Source of the DNA: an uncultured Bacteroidota bacterium
Lineage (GTDB): Bacteria; Bacteroidota; Ignavibacteria; Ignavibacteriales; Ignavibacteriaceae
Reading direction: 5' to 3'
DNA: 64,000 bases
NCBI GenBank assembly: GCA_963745465.1
Contig: CAVUXT010000045.1
Location: 35,235-99,234 of the forward strand
Under the pieces are notes generated by a model. That model was given only the letters and a program-made list of their open reading frames with translations. It was not told where the DNA came from and searched no databases. The position numbers were made by a program, and so were the translations under genes. Below, in pieces: positions 39,898-48,957 of this stretch (its first letter is position 1; the number at the start of each line of letters is the position of its first letter).

Positions 39898-40770
39898 ATG
39901 AAAAAAATAATATTATTTCTGCTGATTATACTTTTTTTTGTTTCCGGAATTAATATGAGTTACGGACAATCAAGGAAAGAGAATTTAGTTCTGACCGGTA
40001 ATCTTAATTTAGATTCTAAAAATGTTCTGAATAAATATGACAAGGAAAATATGATTATAAGTTATCAGACCTCTGAGAGAAAGTCACCAATTAAATCCGC
40101 TTTATTTTCACTTGCTATACCGGGAGCAGGACAGTTTTACAACGGCGATTATTTGCTGTCAGCAATATTTATTGTAGCTGAAGCCGCTTTTATAACAACT
40201 GCAGTAATTTATAATAATAAAGGCAATAACCAGACTAATGATTTTCAGAATTTCGCAGATCAGCACTGGAGTGTTAAAACATATGCGACCTGGACTATAG
40301 ATCACTTAAATAATCTTAATCCAAATCTGGATCCAAGTAATTACCATCTTTTTGATAATAGCGGAAATGTAATCTGGAGTGAATTAAACAGATTGGAAAC
40401 GGATATTGGAGATGGTTACTCGCACAATCTTCCCCCGCATGGAGAACAGCAATATTACGAACTGATCGGAAAATATCCTCAATATAGTCATGGCTGGGAC
40501 GATGCAAATCAAAATGATACCGATTTTCATATTCTTTCGCCTGAATTTTTAAACTACTCTGATCAACGTGGAGAAGCAAATAATCTTTACCAGGTTTCCG
40601 CAAGGGCAGTAGCTGGGATTTATATAAATCATGTACTCAGCGCCATAGAGGCGGCGTGGGGTGCGTCCAGGTTTAATAAAAATTTATCTGTAAATATGCG
40701 AATAAAGACTTTAAACTTGGCGGACAGAGTCGAATATGTACCAACCATGAATATTCAGTTTACTTTTTGA
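39898..40770 (+). CDS. Hypothetical secreted/outer-membrane protein (DUF5683-like N-region)
   Basis: Signal peptide, the SALFSLAIPGAGQFYNGDY motif typical of DUF5683-type proteins, and a C-terminal ...NIQFTF. Confidence 0.5.
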   Translation: MKKIILFLLIILFFVSGINMSYGQSRKENLVLTGNLNLDSKNVLNKYDKENMIISYQTSERKSPIKSALFSLAIPGAGQFYNGDYLLSAIFIVAEAAFITTAVIYNNKGNNQTNDFQNFADQHWSVKTYATWTIDHLNNLNPNLDPSNYHLFDNSGNVIWSELNRLETDIGDGYSHNLPPHGEQQYYELIGKYPQYSHGWDDANQNDTDFHILSPEFLNYSDQRGEANNLYQVSARAVAGIYINHVLSAIEAAWGASRFNKNLSVNMRIKTLNLADRVEYVPTMNIQFTF

Positions 40771-40794
40771 TTTTAATCCTTTACCATAAAGAGA

Positions 40795-40827
40795 ACGGTA
40801 CTGCTTTTTGGCAGTATCGTTTTTTTA
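40795..40827 (+). terminator. Rho-independent terminator
   Basis: ACGGTACTGC / GCAGTATCGT stem (9 of 10 bp) with a 6-nt loop, followed by TTTTTTT. Confidence 0.65.
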
Positions 40828-40906
40828 TGAGCTTATGGTTATTCTATTTTAGAAGTATTCTGCTTTTCATCTAAATGATTCTGGTATTTAATTAGTATTT
40901 TTAGAT

Positions 40907-42220
40907 ATGAAAAAACCACTTGTAGTAATAATTGGCAGACCGAACGTAGGAAAATCAACGCTATTTAACAGGCTAATTGGTCAAAAAGATGCGATTGTTG
41001 ATAATATTAGCGGGGTTACTCGTGACAGAAATTACGGCGAGGCGGAATGGACCGGGAAAGAATTCAGGTTGATCGATACAGGGGGATATGTGCCGGATTC
41101 TCCAGACCTGTTTGAAACTGCAATCAGAGATCAGGTAGAAATTGCTATCGATGAGGCAGATAAGATAATATTCCTGGTTGATGTGCGTGACGGTATAAAT
41201 CCAATGGATGCCGAAATCATTAAGATGCTGAGAAGTGCTGGTAAGGAGTTTTTCTTAACAGTAAATAAAGTTGATTCCGAAAAATATGAAGCAGCTGTAA
41301 ATGAATTTTATTCACTCGGAGTTGACCAGGTACATGACATTTCAGCATTAATGGGGAGAAAGATAGGAGATTTTTTAGATATAGTGACTAAAGACTTTCC
41401 ACAAAAAGATACTATTAATGAAAATGATAATATATTAAAAATTGCAATAGTTGGAAGGCCAAATGTTGGTAAGTCATCTCTTACAAATGCATTACTTGGG
41501 GTTGACAGAAGTATCGTAACCGATATTCCGGGAACAACCCGTGATAGCCTTGATTCAATTTTAAAATATTATGGCGAAGAAATTATTCTTATTGATACAG
41601 CTGGTTTGAGAAAAAAGAAAAGAGTTGATGAGAGCATAGAATTTTATTCAAACCTTCGTTCTCTCAAAGCAATTGGAGAGTGCGAAGTTGCAATTGTGAT
41701 GATTGATGCTAAATCGGGATTGGAAAATCAGGATCAGAAAATTATTGATGAAGCTGTAAGATGGAGGAAGGGAATTATCATTGCGGTTAATAAATGGGAT
41801 TTAGTTGAAAAAGAAACTAACACAGCAAAAAAGATGGAAAATGAAATAAAACAAAGATTGGGAGCAATTGATTATATCCCTGTTTTATTTGTATCAGCCC
41901 TGACGAAGCAAAGAATCTTTAAACTGGTAGAATTAAGCAAAAAAATACACGCGGAAAGAAAAAAGAAAATTACTACAAGCGAATTAAATGAAATCCTTTT
42001 GCCTGAAATTGAAAATATTCCGCCTCCTACAACTCATACAGGAAAAGAGGTGAAGATTAAATATATCACACAAGTCGGGGACCATTATCCTATTTTTCTT
42101 TTTTTTGCTAATTACCCTAAAAATATCCCGGATCATTATAAGAGATTTTTAGAAAAACTAATCAGAAAACATTTTGGATTTGAAGGCGTCCCTTTTACGT
42201 TAAGTTTTAAAGATAAATGA
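40907..42220 (+). CDS. der: Ribosome-biogenesis GTPase Der (EngA)
   Basis: Two tandem GTPase domains (GRPNVGKST...DTGG...NKVD and GRPNVGKSS...DTAG...NKWD) plus a KH-like C-terminus. Confidence 0.95.
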   Translation: MKKPLVVIIGRPNVGKSTLFNRLIGQKDAIVDNISGVTRDRNYGEAEWTGKEFRLIDTGGYVPDSPDLFETAIRDQVEIAIDEADKIIFLVDVRDGINPMDAEIIKMLRSAGKEFFLTVNKVDSEKYEAAVNEFYSLGVDQVHDISALMGRKIGDFLDIVTKDFPQKDTINENDNILKIAIVGRPNVGKSSLTNALLGVDRSIVTDIPGTTRDSLDSILKYYGEEIILIDTAGLRKKKRVDESIEFYSNLRSLKAIGECEVAIVMIDAKSGLENQDQKIIDEAVRWRKGIIIAVNKWDLVEKETNTAKKMENEIKQRLGAIDYIPVLFVSALTKQRIFKLVELSKKIHAERKKKITTSELNEILLPEIENIPPPTTHTGKEVKIKYITQVGDHYPIFLFFANYPKNIPDHYKRFLEKLIRKHFGFEGVPFTLSFKDK

Positions 42221-43566
42221 TCAAGCCTAAAAAAATAATAGTTGTAGGGGGAAATGCAGCGGGTCCGGCTGCTGCGGCTAAAGCTAAGAGATTTAACACG
42301 GATGCTGAAGTTATTCTTATTGAAGCAAGTGAGTTTATTTCAACCGGAACGTGTGAGATCCCGTATGTTATCTCAGGCGATATAGACGATTATAACAAAA
42401 TCCTATTCTTTACACCTGAAGTATTTCGCATCCAAAAAGGAGTTAAGGTTTATACAAATCACGAAGTTGTATCAATTAACAGGAAAGAAAAAAAAATACA
42501 AGCAAGGGATCTTAGGAGTAATAGCTCGGTTGAGTTCAGTTATGACAAACTAGTTCTTGCAACTGGCTCCGTCTCAAAAAAACTCAATCAATTTCCGACA
42601 GCTTTCAAAAATGTATATAATTTAAAAAATGTTAGTGACCTGGTAAATATTCTTGAACTGAAAAAAGAAAAAAAACTATCAAAAATTGTTATAATCGGCT
42701 CAGGCTATATTGGCCTTGAAGCAGCTGAGGCGTTCAGTAGACTGGGGATTTCTGTCACGATTCTTGAAAAAAATAAATATCCACTTCCTTCAGTTGAATC
42801 AGAAATACAATACTTGATTTATGAATTGCTGGCACAAAATGACATATCATTTTATGCTAATGCTGAAAAATTTAAAACTACATCCACAGATGCATATTTA
42901 AAAAGTATAAATCTTGACAGCAGATTGCTCGAGTTTGATATTATTCTTGTTGCCACCGGGTTTTTGCCAAATGTTGAACTTGCTAAAAATTGTGGGTTGG
43001 AGATCGGAATAAAAGGAGGAATCAAAGTTGACACAAAACTGCGCACTTCCTGCCAGGACATTTACGCAGCTGGTGATAACATTGAAGTTATTAATGCAGT
43101 TACAAACCGCTCTGATTATATTCCACTGGCAACTATTGCTCACGATTATGGTCATATTGCAGGGGAAAATGCTGCAGGTGGTAACAAAAGGGCGGAAGCG
43201 GTAGTAAAAAATCTTGCAGTAAAAATATTCGATAAATATTTAGTTCAGGTAGGACTAAGTTCTGTTGAAGCCAAAGCTGAAAATTATTTATTTAGTACAG
43301 TTCAGAAGGTTGCGCCTAATTTAGTTGAAGTTATGCCGGGAAGTGAAAAGGTATTTGGGAAAATTATTTATGAAAAAGACAGCAAGAGAATTCTTGGAGC
43401 ATCCTTTTTTGGCGGAAGGGAAGTCTCAGGATATGGCGATATAATTTCAACCCTGATTAAAACAAAACAAAATGCCGGGGTCTTAGCTTCAATTAATTAT
43501 AATTATACTCCGCCACTTTCACCATTTGTTAATTTGCTGTCAGTGCTTGGAAGAGAAATTATTTAA
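42217..43566 (+). CDS. FAD-dependent pyridine nucleotide-disulfide oxidoreductase (CoA-disulfide reductase / NADH oxidase family)
   Basis: GGNAAGPAAAAKAKR FAD motif, single redox Cys in STGTCEIPY, second Rossmann IIGSGYIGLEAAE, and AAGD. Confidence 0.85.
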   Translation: MIKPKKIIVVGGNAAGPAAAAKAKRFNTDAEVILIEASEFISTGTCEIPYVISGDIDDYNKILFFTPEVFRIQKGVKVYTNHEVVSINRKEKKIQARDLRSNSSVEFSYDKLVLATGSVSKKLNQFPTAFKNVYNLKNVSDLVNILELKKEKKLSKIVIIGSGYIGLEAAEAFSRLGISVTILEKNKYPLPSVESEIQYLIYELLAQNDISFYANAEKFKTTSTDAYLKSINLDSRLLEFDIILVATGFLPNVELAKNCGLEIGIKGGIKVDTKLRTSCQDIYAAGDNIEVINAVTNRSDYIPLATIAHDYGHIAGENAAGGNKRAEAVVKNLAVKIFDKYLVQVGLSSVEAKAENYLFSTVQKVAPNLVEVMPGSEKVFGKIIYEKDSKRILGASFFGGREVSGYGDIISTLIKTKQNAGVLASINYNYTPPLSPFVNLLSVLGREII

Positions 43567-43582
43567 TCTTTGGAGATTTTAA

Positions 43583-44221
43583 ATGAAAAGCGGATTTAAA
43601 AATTTTACAGTATTAGATCATCCGATGATAAAAAGGGATGTAACTTTGCTGCGTGACAAGCTCACGGAACCTGAAGCATTCAGAGCGGCAGTGAAAAGAA
43701 TATCAACCGTTTTGTCTGTAGAAATTAGCAGAAGTTTTAAATTAATTTCTTTTAAAGTTGAAACTCCTCTTGAAATAACTGAGGGGTACAAGACTTCTCA
43801 GGATGTTGTACTTGTCCCGGTATTAAGAGCCGGACTTGGAATGGTCAGTGGTTTTCTTGCCATACTGCCTGATGCACGAGTGGGGCACATAGGATTGCAG
43901 AGAGATGAAAGCACTTTGAAACCCATAGAGTATTATTATAAAACGCCAAAAAATATTAATGTTGCTACTGTCATATTGATAGATCCTATGCTTGCTACCG
44001 GTGGCAGCGCATCAGAGGCCATTAAATTTCTGAAAAAAAGGGGAGCAAAAAATATTATGTTCGCTTGTTTAGTCGCGGCGCCGGAAGGAATAAAAAGGTT
44101 AGAGAAAGATCATCCTGATGTTAAAATATTTGGAGCGGCGCTCGATAGAGAATTAAATGATAGGGGGTACATACTTCCGGGACTCGGGGATGCAGGAGAC
44201 AGGACTTTTGGTACATTATAA
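43583..44221 (+). CDS. upp: Uracil phosphoribosyltransferase
   Basis: VPVLRAGLGM, the PRPP loop LIDPMLATGGSA and YILPGLGDAGDR. Confidence 0.95.
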   Translation: MKSGFKNFTVLDHPMIKRDVTLLRDKLTEPEAFRAAVKRISTVLSVEISRSFKLISFKVETPLEITEGYKTSQDVVLVPVLRAGLGMVSGFLAILPDARVGHIGLQRDESTLKPIEYYYKTPKNINVATVILIDPMLATGGSASEAIKFLKKRGAKNIMFACLVAAPEGIKRLEKDHPDVKIFGAALDRELNDRGYILPGLGDAGDRTFGTL

Positions 44222-45230
44222 AAAAATTATAGTTCTCATATTTTTTATATTCGCATTTAGAAATTATGCACAAACCTATCCTGATCCTGTTGTTGATTCC
44301 CTTTTAAAGTGCGGTACAAGTGATATAATAATGCAGAATTATAAGCATGCAAAATCCACTTTTGAATATCTGAATAATACTTACAGCAAACTGCCGCTTG
44401 GAAATATTTATCTTGTAGCTACTGAAATTGCGAGGGCTTACGATTTTGAAGAGCCTTTTAACACAGACTACATAACTGCCAATCTGGATACGGCTGAGTC
44501 GAAAACAAAGAGTCTTTTAGACAAAGATGAAAATAGTCTTTGGAATATTTATTTCCGGGCACTGGATGAAGGATATTATGCATATTTTCAAGTGCTCCGT
44601 AAAAACTGGTTGTCTGCCTTATCTAATGGTTTCGATGCTGTGCGTGATTTCCAAAAGTGTCTTAACATAGACCCGGATTTTTATGAAGCTAATCTGGCAA
44701 TCGGCAGTTACCAATACTGGCGGAGCAGGAAAACCGAATTTCTGAAGTGGATTCCTTTTGTTAAAGATGAAACGGAATTAGGAATAAAAAATCTGCAAAT
44801 TGCAGTTGACCATGCTTCCTACCACAGGTATTCAGCAATTAATTCTCTTCTTTGGATTTATATTGATCAGAAAAAATTCCGGGCGGCTATTGATCTGGCT
44901 GAAAAGACATTAAAGCAATTTCCCGGGAGCAGATTTTTTATATGGCCGCTGGCTCGGGCGTATGAGGCGGTCGATATTCAAAAATCAATCGATGAATATA
45001 ACAAACTATTGGACTATTATTCGGGTCTTCCGGATTCAAATTTTTATAATATAATTGTCATAAAACATATTCTTGCGCAACAATATGTGAAATTGGGAAA
45101 TAAGAAAACTGCGTTGGAGCTGTGTGACCAAATCCTCTCGATTAAAGGCCTCTCAGATTATGTAAGGGATCGATTGGGAGACAGGCTTGACCGCGTAAGA
45201 GACCTGAAAGAGGAACTTTCCGGCAATTAG
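44190..45230 (+). CDS. Hypothetical TPR-like secreted protein
   Basis: N-terminal hydrophobic signal KKIIVLIFFIFAFRNYAQ and a helical-repeat body. The start is uncertain: the ORF overlaps the upp 3' end, with candidates ATG 44190 and TTG about 44208. Confidence 0.5.
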   Translation: MQETGLLVHYKKIIVLIFFIFAFRNYAQTYPDPVVDSLLKCGTSDIIMQNYKHAKSTFEYLNNTYSKLPLGNIYLVATEIARAYDFEEPFNTDYITANLDTAESKTKSLLDKDENSLWNIYFRALDEGYYAYFQVLRKNWLSALSNGFDAVRDFQKCLNIDPDFYEANLAIGSYQYWRSRKTEFLKWIPFVKDETELGIKNLQIAVDHASYHRYSAINSLLWIYIDQKKFRAAIDLAEKTLKQFPGSRFFIWPLARAYEAVDIQKSIDEYNKLLDYYSGLPDSNFYNIIVIKHILAQQYVKLGNKKTALELCDQILSIKGLSDYVRDRLGDRLDRVRDLKEELSGN

Positions 45231-45304
45231 ATAGCTATTCCCCCTTTTTTAAGCTATTTAACTATTCCCAAAAATAAAGTAAATTACAACACATTGTAAT
45301 TAAA

Positions 45305-47497
45305 ATGCATTATGCAAGTAATATGAGTATAGCTAATACAAAAGATAAAAAGATGCTTGATGATCTCATTGCGACCTGCAGAAAAAATCTGCCGAGCGTA
45401 AATGAACCACTTATTGCAAAAGCATTCGAATTTTGTATCGAAGCTCATAAAAATGACCTGCGTGCTTCGGGCGAACCTTATTTTACGCATCCTTACGAAG
45501 TAGCTATGATAGTAGCAAAAGAATTTCCGCTTGATGACATTACAGTTGTCAGCACTCTTTTGCATGATGTTGTGGAAGACACTGAATTTAATCTTGATAT
45601 GCTGGCAAGGGAATTCGGAAAGGAAGTAGCTGAGATAGTGGACGGAGTAACAAAAATCAGCGGGATATTTAAAGGACAGGAAATCACTCAGGCTGAAAAT
45701 TACAGGAAACTCCTCCTCTCAATGGTAAAAGATATAAGGGTTATTCTTGTGAAATTTGCCGACCGTCTTCATAATATGAGAACGCTTGAATTTGTTAGCC
45801 CGGATAAGCAAAGAAGAATTGCACAGGAAACCTTGGAAATTTATGCTCCTTTTGCAAATCGTTTTGGTTTGGGAAGAGTAAAATGGGAACTAGAAGATCT
45901 TTCATTTAAATATTTAAACAAGGAAGCCTACGAAGAAATAGCTAAAAAGATTAAAAGCAAAAGACGTGAAAGAGAATCTTATATTAAAAAATTCAGTGAA
46001 CCGATCAAAGACAAGCTGGATGAGTATTCTTTAAAATATGATATAAGCGGAAGGGCAAAACATCTTTACAGTATTTACAGAAAAATGGTAAGACGAAATA
46101 AACCATTCGAAGAAATTTATGATCTTTTTGCAATCAGAATAATTCTGGATACTCCAAATACAAATGATTGTTATACTACTCTTGGTATCGTTAATCAAAT
46201 TTATCTTCCTGTGCCTGACAGGTTCAAAGATTATATCTCTATTCCCAAGACCAATAACTATCAGTCAATCCACACAACCGTAGTGGGTCCTGAGGGAAGG
46301 CTTGTAGAAGTTCAAATAAGAACCACTAAAATGCATGAAGTAGCAGAAAAAGGTGTTGCTGCCCATTGGAGATATAAAGAAGATAAAGCAGCTTCTGATA
46401 AAGATATGGAAACGTGGGTAAACTGGATAAGGGAGATTTTTGAAAATGCTTCTAAAGATGAAGCACGAAAAGAACTATTGGAAAGTTTTAAGCTTAATCT
46501 TTATCAGTATGAAATTTATGTCTTTACTCCAAAGGGTGAACTGAGAAGGCTGCCAGCCAATTCAACTCCGGTTGATTTTGCATTTGCCATTCACAGTAAT
46601 GTGGGATTTCATTGCATCGGGGCAAAGGTAAATGGAAAGATCGTTCCACTCGATACTCTACTGCATAGCGGGGACCAGGTGGAAATTATTACTTCAAAGA
46701 ATCAGCATCCAAATAAAAGCTGGGCAAAATTTGTTATTACTCACAAAGCTAAATCTGCTATAAGAAAATGGATAAACAAGGAAGATGAAGAGATTGTCGA
46801 AACAGGAAAAGATTTGTGGGAAAAGAAAACCAAAAAAATGAAATTATCTTTTAACCAGGCAGATGTTGAAAAGATAGCTTTGAATCTTAAATTTGATAAT
46901 TCCAAACAATTTTATCGATCGATAGCTCAAGGTAAAATAAATCTTGAAGAAGTACTCTCTGCTACCCGGGAGCAGGATAATAAATCTAAAGAAGCCCATC
47001 AAATTGCCTTTGATAGTTTTGCTGCATCGGCCAGGCAGGATATTGGTGGAGTGCTAATCGAAGGGAAAAAATCTGATATTCTTTATTCTTATGCTAAATG
47101 TTGTAACCCGATTCCTGGTGATCCGGTAGTAGGATATATTACTGTTGGAGAAGGTATAAAGATACATAGAAAAACGTGCAGCACACTTTTAAATATTTCA
47201 GAAAAAGATAATTCTAAACTTGTTCCCGTTCAATGGCCGGTGACAGACAGTTCATTATTTGTGGCAGGGCTGAGCGTAACCGGTGATGATTCTCCGGGCA
47301 TCCTAAATGAAATTTCTCATGCAATTGTTTCGTATCAAAACACTAACATCAAATCCATAAACATTAATACAAGTAATTCTGCTTTTGAAGGTAGTGTATC
47401 ATTGTATGTTCACAACATCGATCACCTGACCAGGATCATGGACAGGTTAAAAAAATTAAAAGGAATTTATTCAGTTGAAAGATTTGAAAGCCTTTAG
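45305..47497 (+). CDS. spoT: Bifunctional (p)ppGpp synthetase/hydrolase RelA/SpoT (RSH)
   Basis: HD hydrolase domain (HPYEVA...LLHDVVEDT), synthetase domain (RAKHLYSIYRKM...DLFAIRIIL...YQSIHTTV), TGS (VFTPKGELRRLPANSTPVDFAFAIHS) and a C-terminal ACT. Confidence 0.95.
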   Translation: MHYASNMSIANTKDKKMLDDLIATCRKNLPSVNEPLIAKAFEFCIEAHKNDLRASGEPYFTHPYEVAMIVAKEFPLDDITVVSTLLHDVVEDTEFNLDMLAREFGKEVAEIVDGVTKISGIFKGQEITQAENYRKLLLSMVKDIRVILVKFADRLHNMRTLEFVSPDKQRRIAQETLEIYAPFANRFGLGRVKWELEDLSFKYLNKEAYEEIAKKIKSKRRERESYIKKFSEPIKDKLDEYSLKYDISGRAKHLYSIYRKMVRRNKPFEEIYDLFAIRIILDTPNTNDCYTTLGIVNQIYLPVPDRFKDYISIPKTNNYQSIHTTVVGPEGRLVEVQIRTTKMHEVAEKGVAAHWRYKEDKAASDKDMETWVNWIREIFENASKDEARKELLESFKLNLYQYEIYVFTPKGELRRLPANSTPVDFAFAIHSNVGFHCIGAKVNGKIVPLDTLLHSGDQVEIITSKNQHPNKSWAKFVITHKAKSAIRKWINKEDEEIVETGKDLWEKKTKKMKLSFNQADVEKIALNLKFDNSKQFYRSIAQGKINLEEVLSATREQDNKSKEAHQIAFDSFAASARQDIGGVLIEGKKSDILYSYAKCCNPIPGDPVVGYITVGEGIKIHRKTCSTLLNISEKDNSKLVPVQWPVTDSSLFVAGLSVTGDDSPGILNEISHAIVSYQNTNIKSININTSNSAFEGSVSLYVHNIDHLTRIMDRLKKLKGIYSVERFESL

Positions 47498-47940
47498 TGC
47501 TAATGACTGAAGAAAACTTTAAGAGAATTTTGGCACTTGACTACGGAGCAAAAAGAATAGGAGTTGCTCTTAGTGATCCGCTTATGACTTTTGCCTACCC
47601 TCATTCTACAATTTATAACGATACTAAAATCTGGAAAGAAATTAGTAAATTAATTACTGAAAAAAATATTATCAGAATCATCCTTGGTTATCCTTTCAGG
47701 GAAGATGGGAAACTATCCTCGCTTGGATCAGATATTACTAAATTTAAATCAGAGCTTGAAAAAAAGTACAAGATGGAAGTAATATTATGGGACGAAAGAT
47801 ACACTTCGTCGATTGCTTCGGAAATGATGCTCGAGAGTACACAGAAAAAGAGCAAAAGAAGAGATAAAGGCATAATTGACAGAAATGCTGCGGCAATTAT
47901 TTTGCAGGAATATCTCAATGAACTAAAGCTTAAAGGTTAA
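47497..47940 (+). CDS. ruvX: Holliday-junction-resolvase-like pre-16S rRNA nuclease YqgF/RuvX
   Basis: ILALDYGAKRIGVALSD, a 3' region DERYTS and IDRNAAAIILQEYL. Confidence 0.9.
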   Translation: MLMTEENFKRILALDYGAKRIGVALSDPLMTFAYPHSTIYNDTKIWKEISKLITEKNIIRIILGYPFREDGKLSSLGSDITKFKSELEKKYKMEVILWDERYTSSIASEMMLESTQKKSKRRDKGIIDRNAAAIILQEYLNELKLKG

Positions 47941-47971
47941 ATTGAGGTGGCAGTAATAAAAAACTTTATAA

Positions 47972-48000
47972 TTGACATTTAAGTACCTATAAAGTATTTT
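47972..48000 (+). promoter_or_regulatory. Sigma-70-like promoter candidate for the BMC shell operon
   Basis: TTGACA (47972-47977), a 17-nt spacer and TATTTT (47995-48000). A GGAG RBS lies 7 nt before the ATG at 48035. Confidence 0.3.
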
Positions 48001-48034
48001 TCTAAAAGCAATTCAAATAAATTGGAGCATATCA

Positions 48035-48313
48035 ATGGCACTAGACGCACTAGGAATGATAGAAACAAAAGGCCTGGTCGGTTCGATCGAAGCAGCTGAT
48101 GCGATGGTAAAAGCAGCTAAAGTTGAACTACTGGGTAAAGAAACCATCGGTGGTGGTTATGTAACTGTTATGGTTCGTGGAGATGTAGGTGCTGTAAAAG
48201 CAGCAACTGATGCCGGTGCAGCAGCAGCTCAAAGAGTTGGTGAATTAGTGTCAGTTCACGTTATTCCCCGTCCACACGCTGAAGTTGAACAAATTCTTCC
48301 AAAAAGAAAATAA
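48035..48313 (+). CDS. Bacterial microcompartment shell protein, BMC-H (Pfam00936 single-domain hexamer type)
   Basis: [77 protein letters not shown] is near-canonical PduA/EutM/CcmK-like sequence. Confidence 0.9.
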   Translation: MALDALGMIETKGLVGSIEAADAMVKAAKVELLGKETIGGGYVTVMVRGDVGAVKAATDAGAAAAQRVGELVSVHVIPRPHAEVEQILPKRK

Positions 48314-48319
48314 TAGCTT

Positions 48320-48877
48320 ATGTCACAGGCGTTAGGACTAATCGAAACTAAGGGATTAGTGGCTGCCATAGAAGCAGCGGATGCGATGCTCAAGGCCGCT
48401 AATGTTACTTTTGCTGGGAAGACGGTTACGAATCCTGCATTGATAACAATTAAGGTTGTCGGAGAAACTGCTGCGGTTAAATCAGCAGTAGATGCAGGGG
48501 CAGCAGCAGCTGCGAGAATCGGCCAGGTAGTATCAACTCACATTATCCCTCAACCCGATGAGCAGCTTATTTCAATGCTCCCTGAAATAAAAGATTCAAA
48601 ACCAGAACCTGTACGACCCGGTAAAAAAGAAAAACAAATTAATGAAAATATCTTATCGGAGGAAGTAGAATCTTCCGAAACTATTTCAAGGTTGAAACAG
48701 GAAGCTCTCGGAAAAAAGGAAAAAGACGGAGCAGTAAACGATAATGATATTGAATCAATGAATGTTCATCAACTAAGGCATTTGGCAAGAAGCATCTCTG
48801 AATTTCCGATTAAAGGCAGAGAGATTTCGCGTGCAAACAGGGATGAATTGCTAAAGTATTTCAGAAATTTAGGTTAA
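48320..48877 (+). CDS. BMC-H shell protein paralogue with ~100-aa C-terminal extension ending in a HeH/Rho_N-like helix-extension-helix motif
   Basis: N-terminal ALGLIETKGLVAAIEAADAMLKAANVTFAGKTVTNPALITIKVVGETAAVKSAVDAGAAAAARIGQVVSTHIIPQP. This is followed by a Lys/Glu/Pro-rich linker and MNVHQLRHLARSISEFPIKGREISRANRDELLKYF. Confidence 0.85.
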   Translation: MSQALGLIETKGLVAAIEAADAMLKAANVTFAGKTVTNPALITIKVVGETAAVKSAVDAGAAAAARIGQVVSTHIIPQPDEQLISMLPEIKDSKPEPVRPGKKEKQINENILSEEVESSETISRLKQEALGKKEKDGAVNDNDIESMNVHQLRHLARSISEFPIKGREISRANRDELLKYFRNLG

Positions 48878-48902
48878 AAGCAAAAAAAATTTAAATTAAA
48901 TA

Positions 48903-48929
48903 AAACTCCACATATAGTGGAGTTTTTTT
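48903..48929 (+). terminator. Rho-independent terminator after the BMC shell operon
   Basis: AAACTCCAC-ATATA-GTGGAGTTT is a perfect 9-bp stem followed by a T-run. Confidence 0.7.
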
Positions 48930-48957
48930 ATGCCTGTTTTCGTTTTATATTTGCACA

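Noticed and set aside
44157-44221. A 65-nt overlap between upp and the next ORF as a sign of a frameshift or fusion.
   Set aside because: The upp C-terminus (YILPGLGDAGDRTFGT) is complete and canonical. The downstream protein has its signal peptide after internal start candidates (ATG 44190, TTG about 44208), so the long overlap is probably just an over-extended ORF call.
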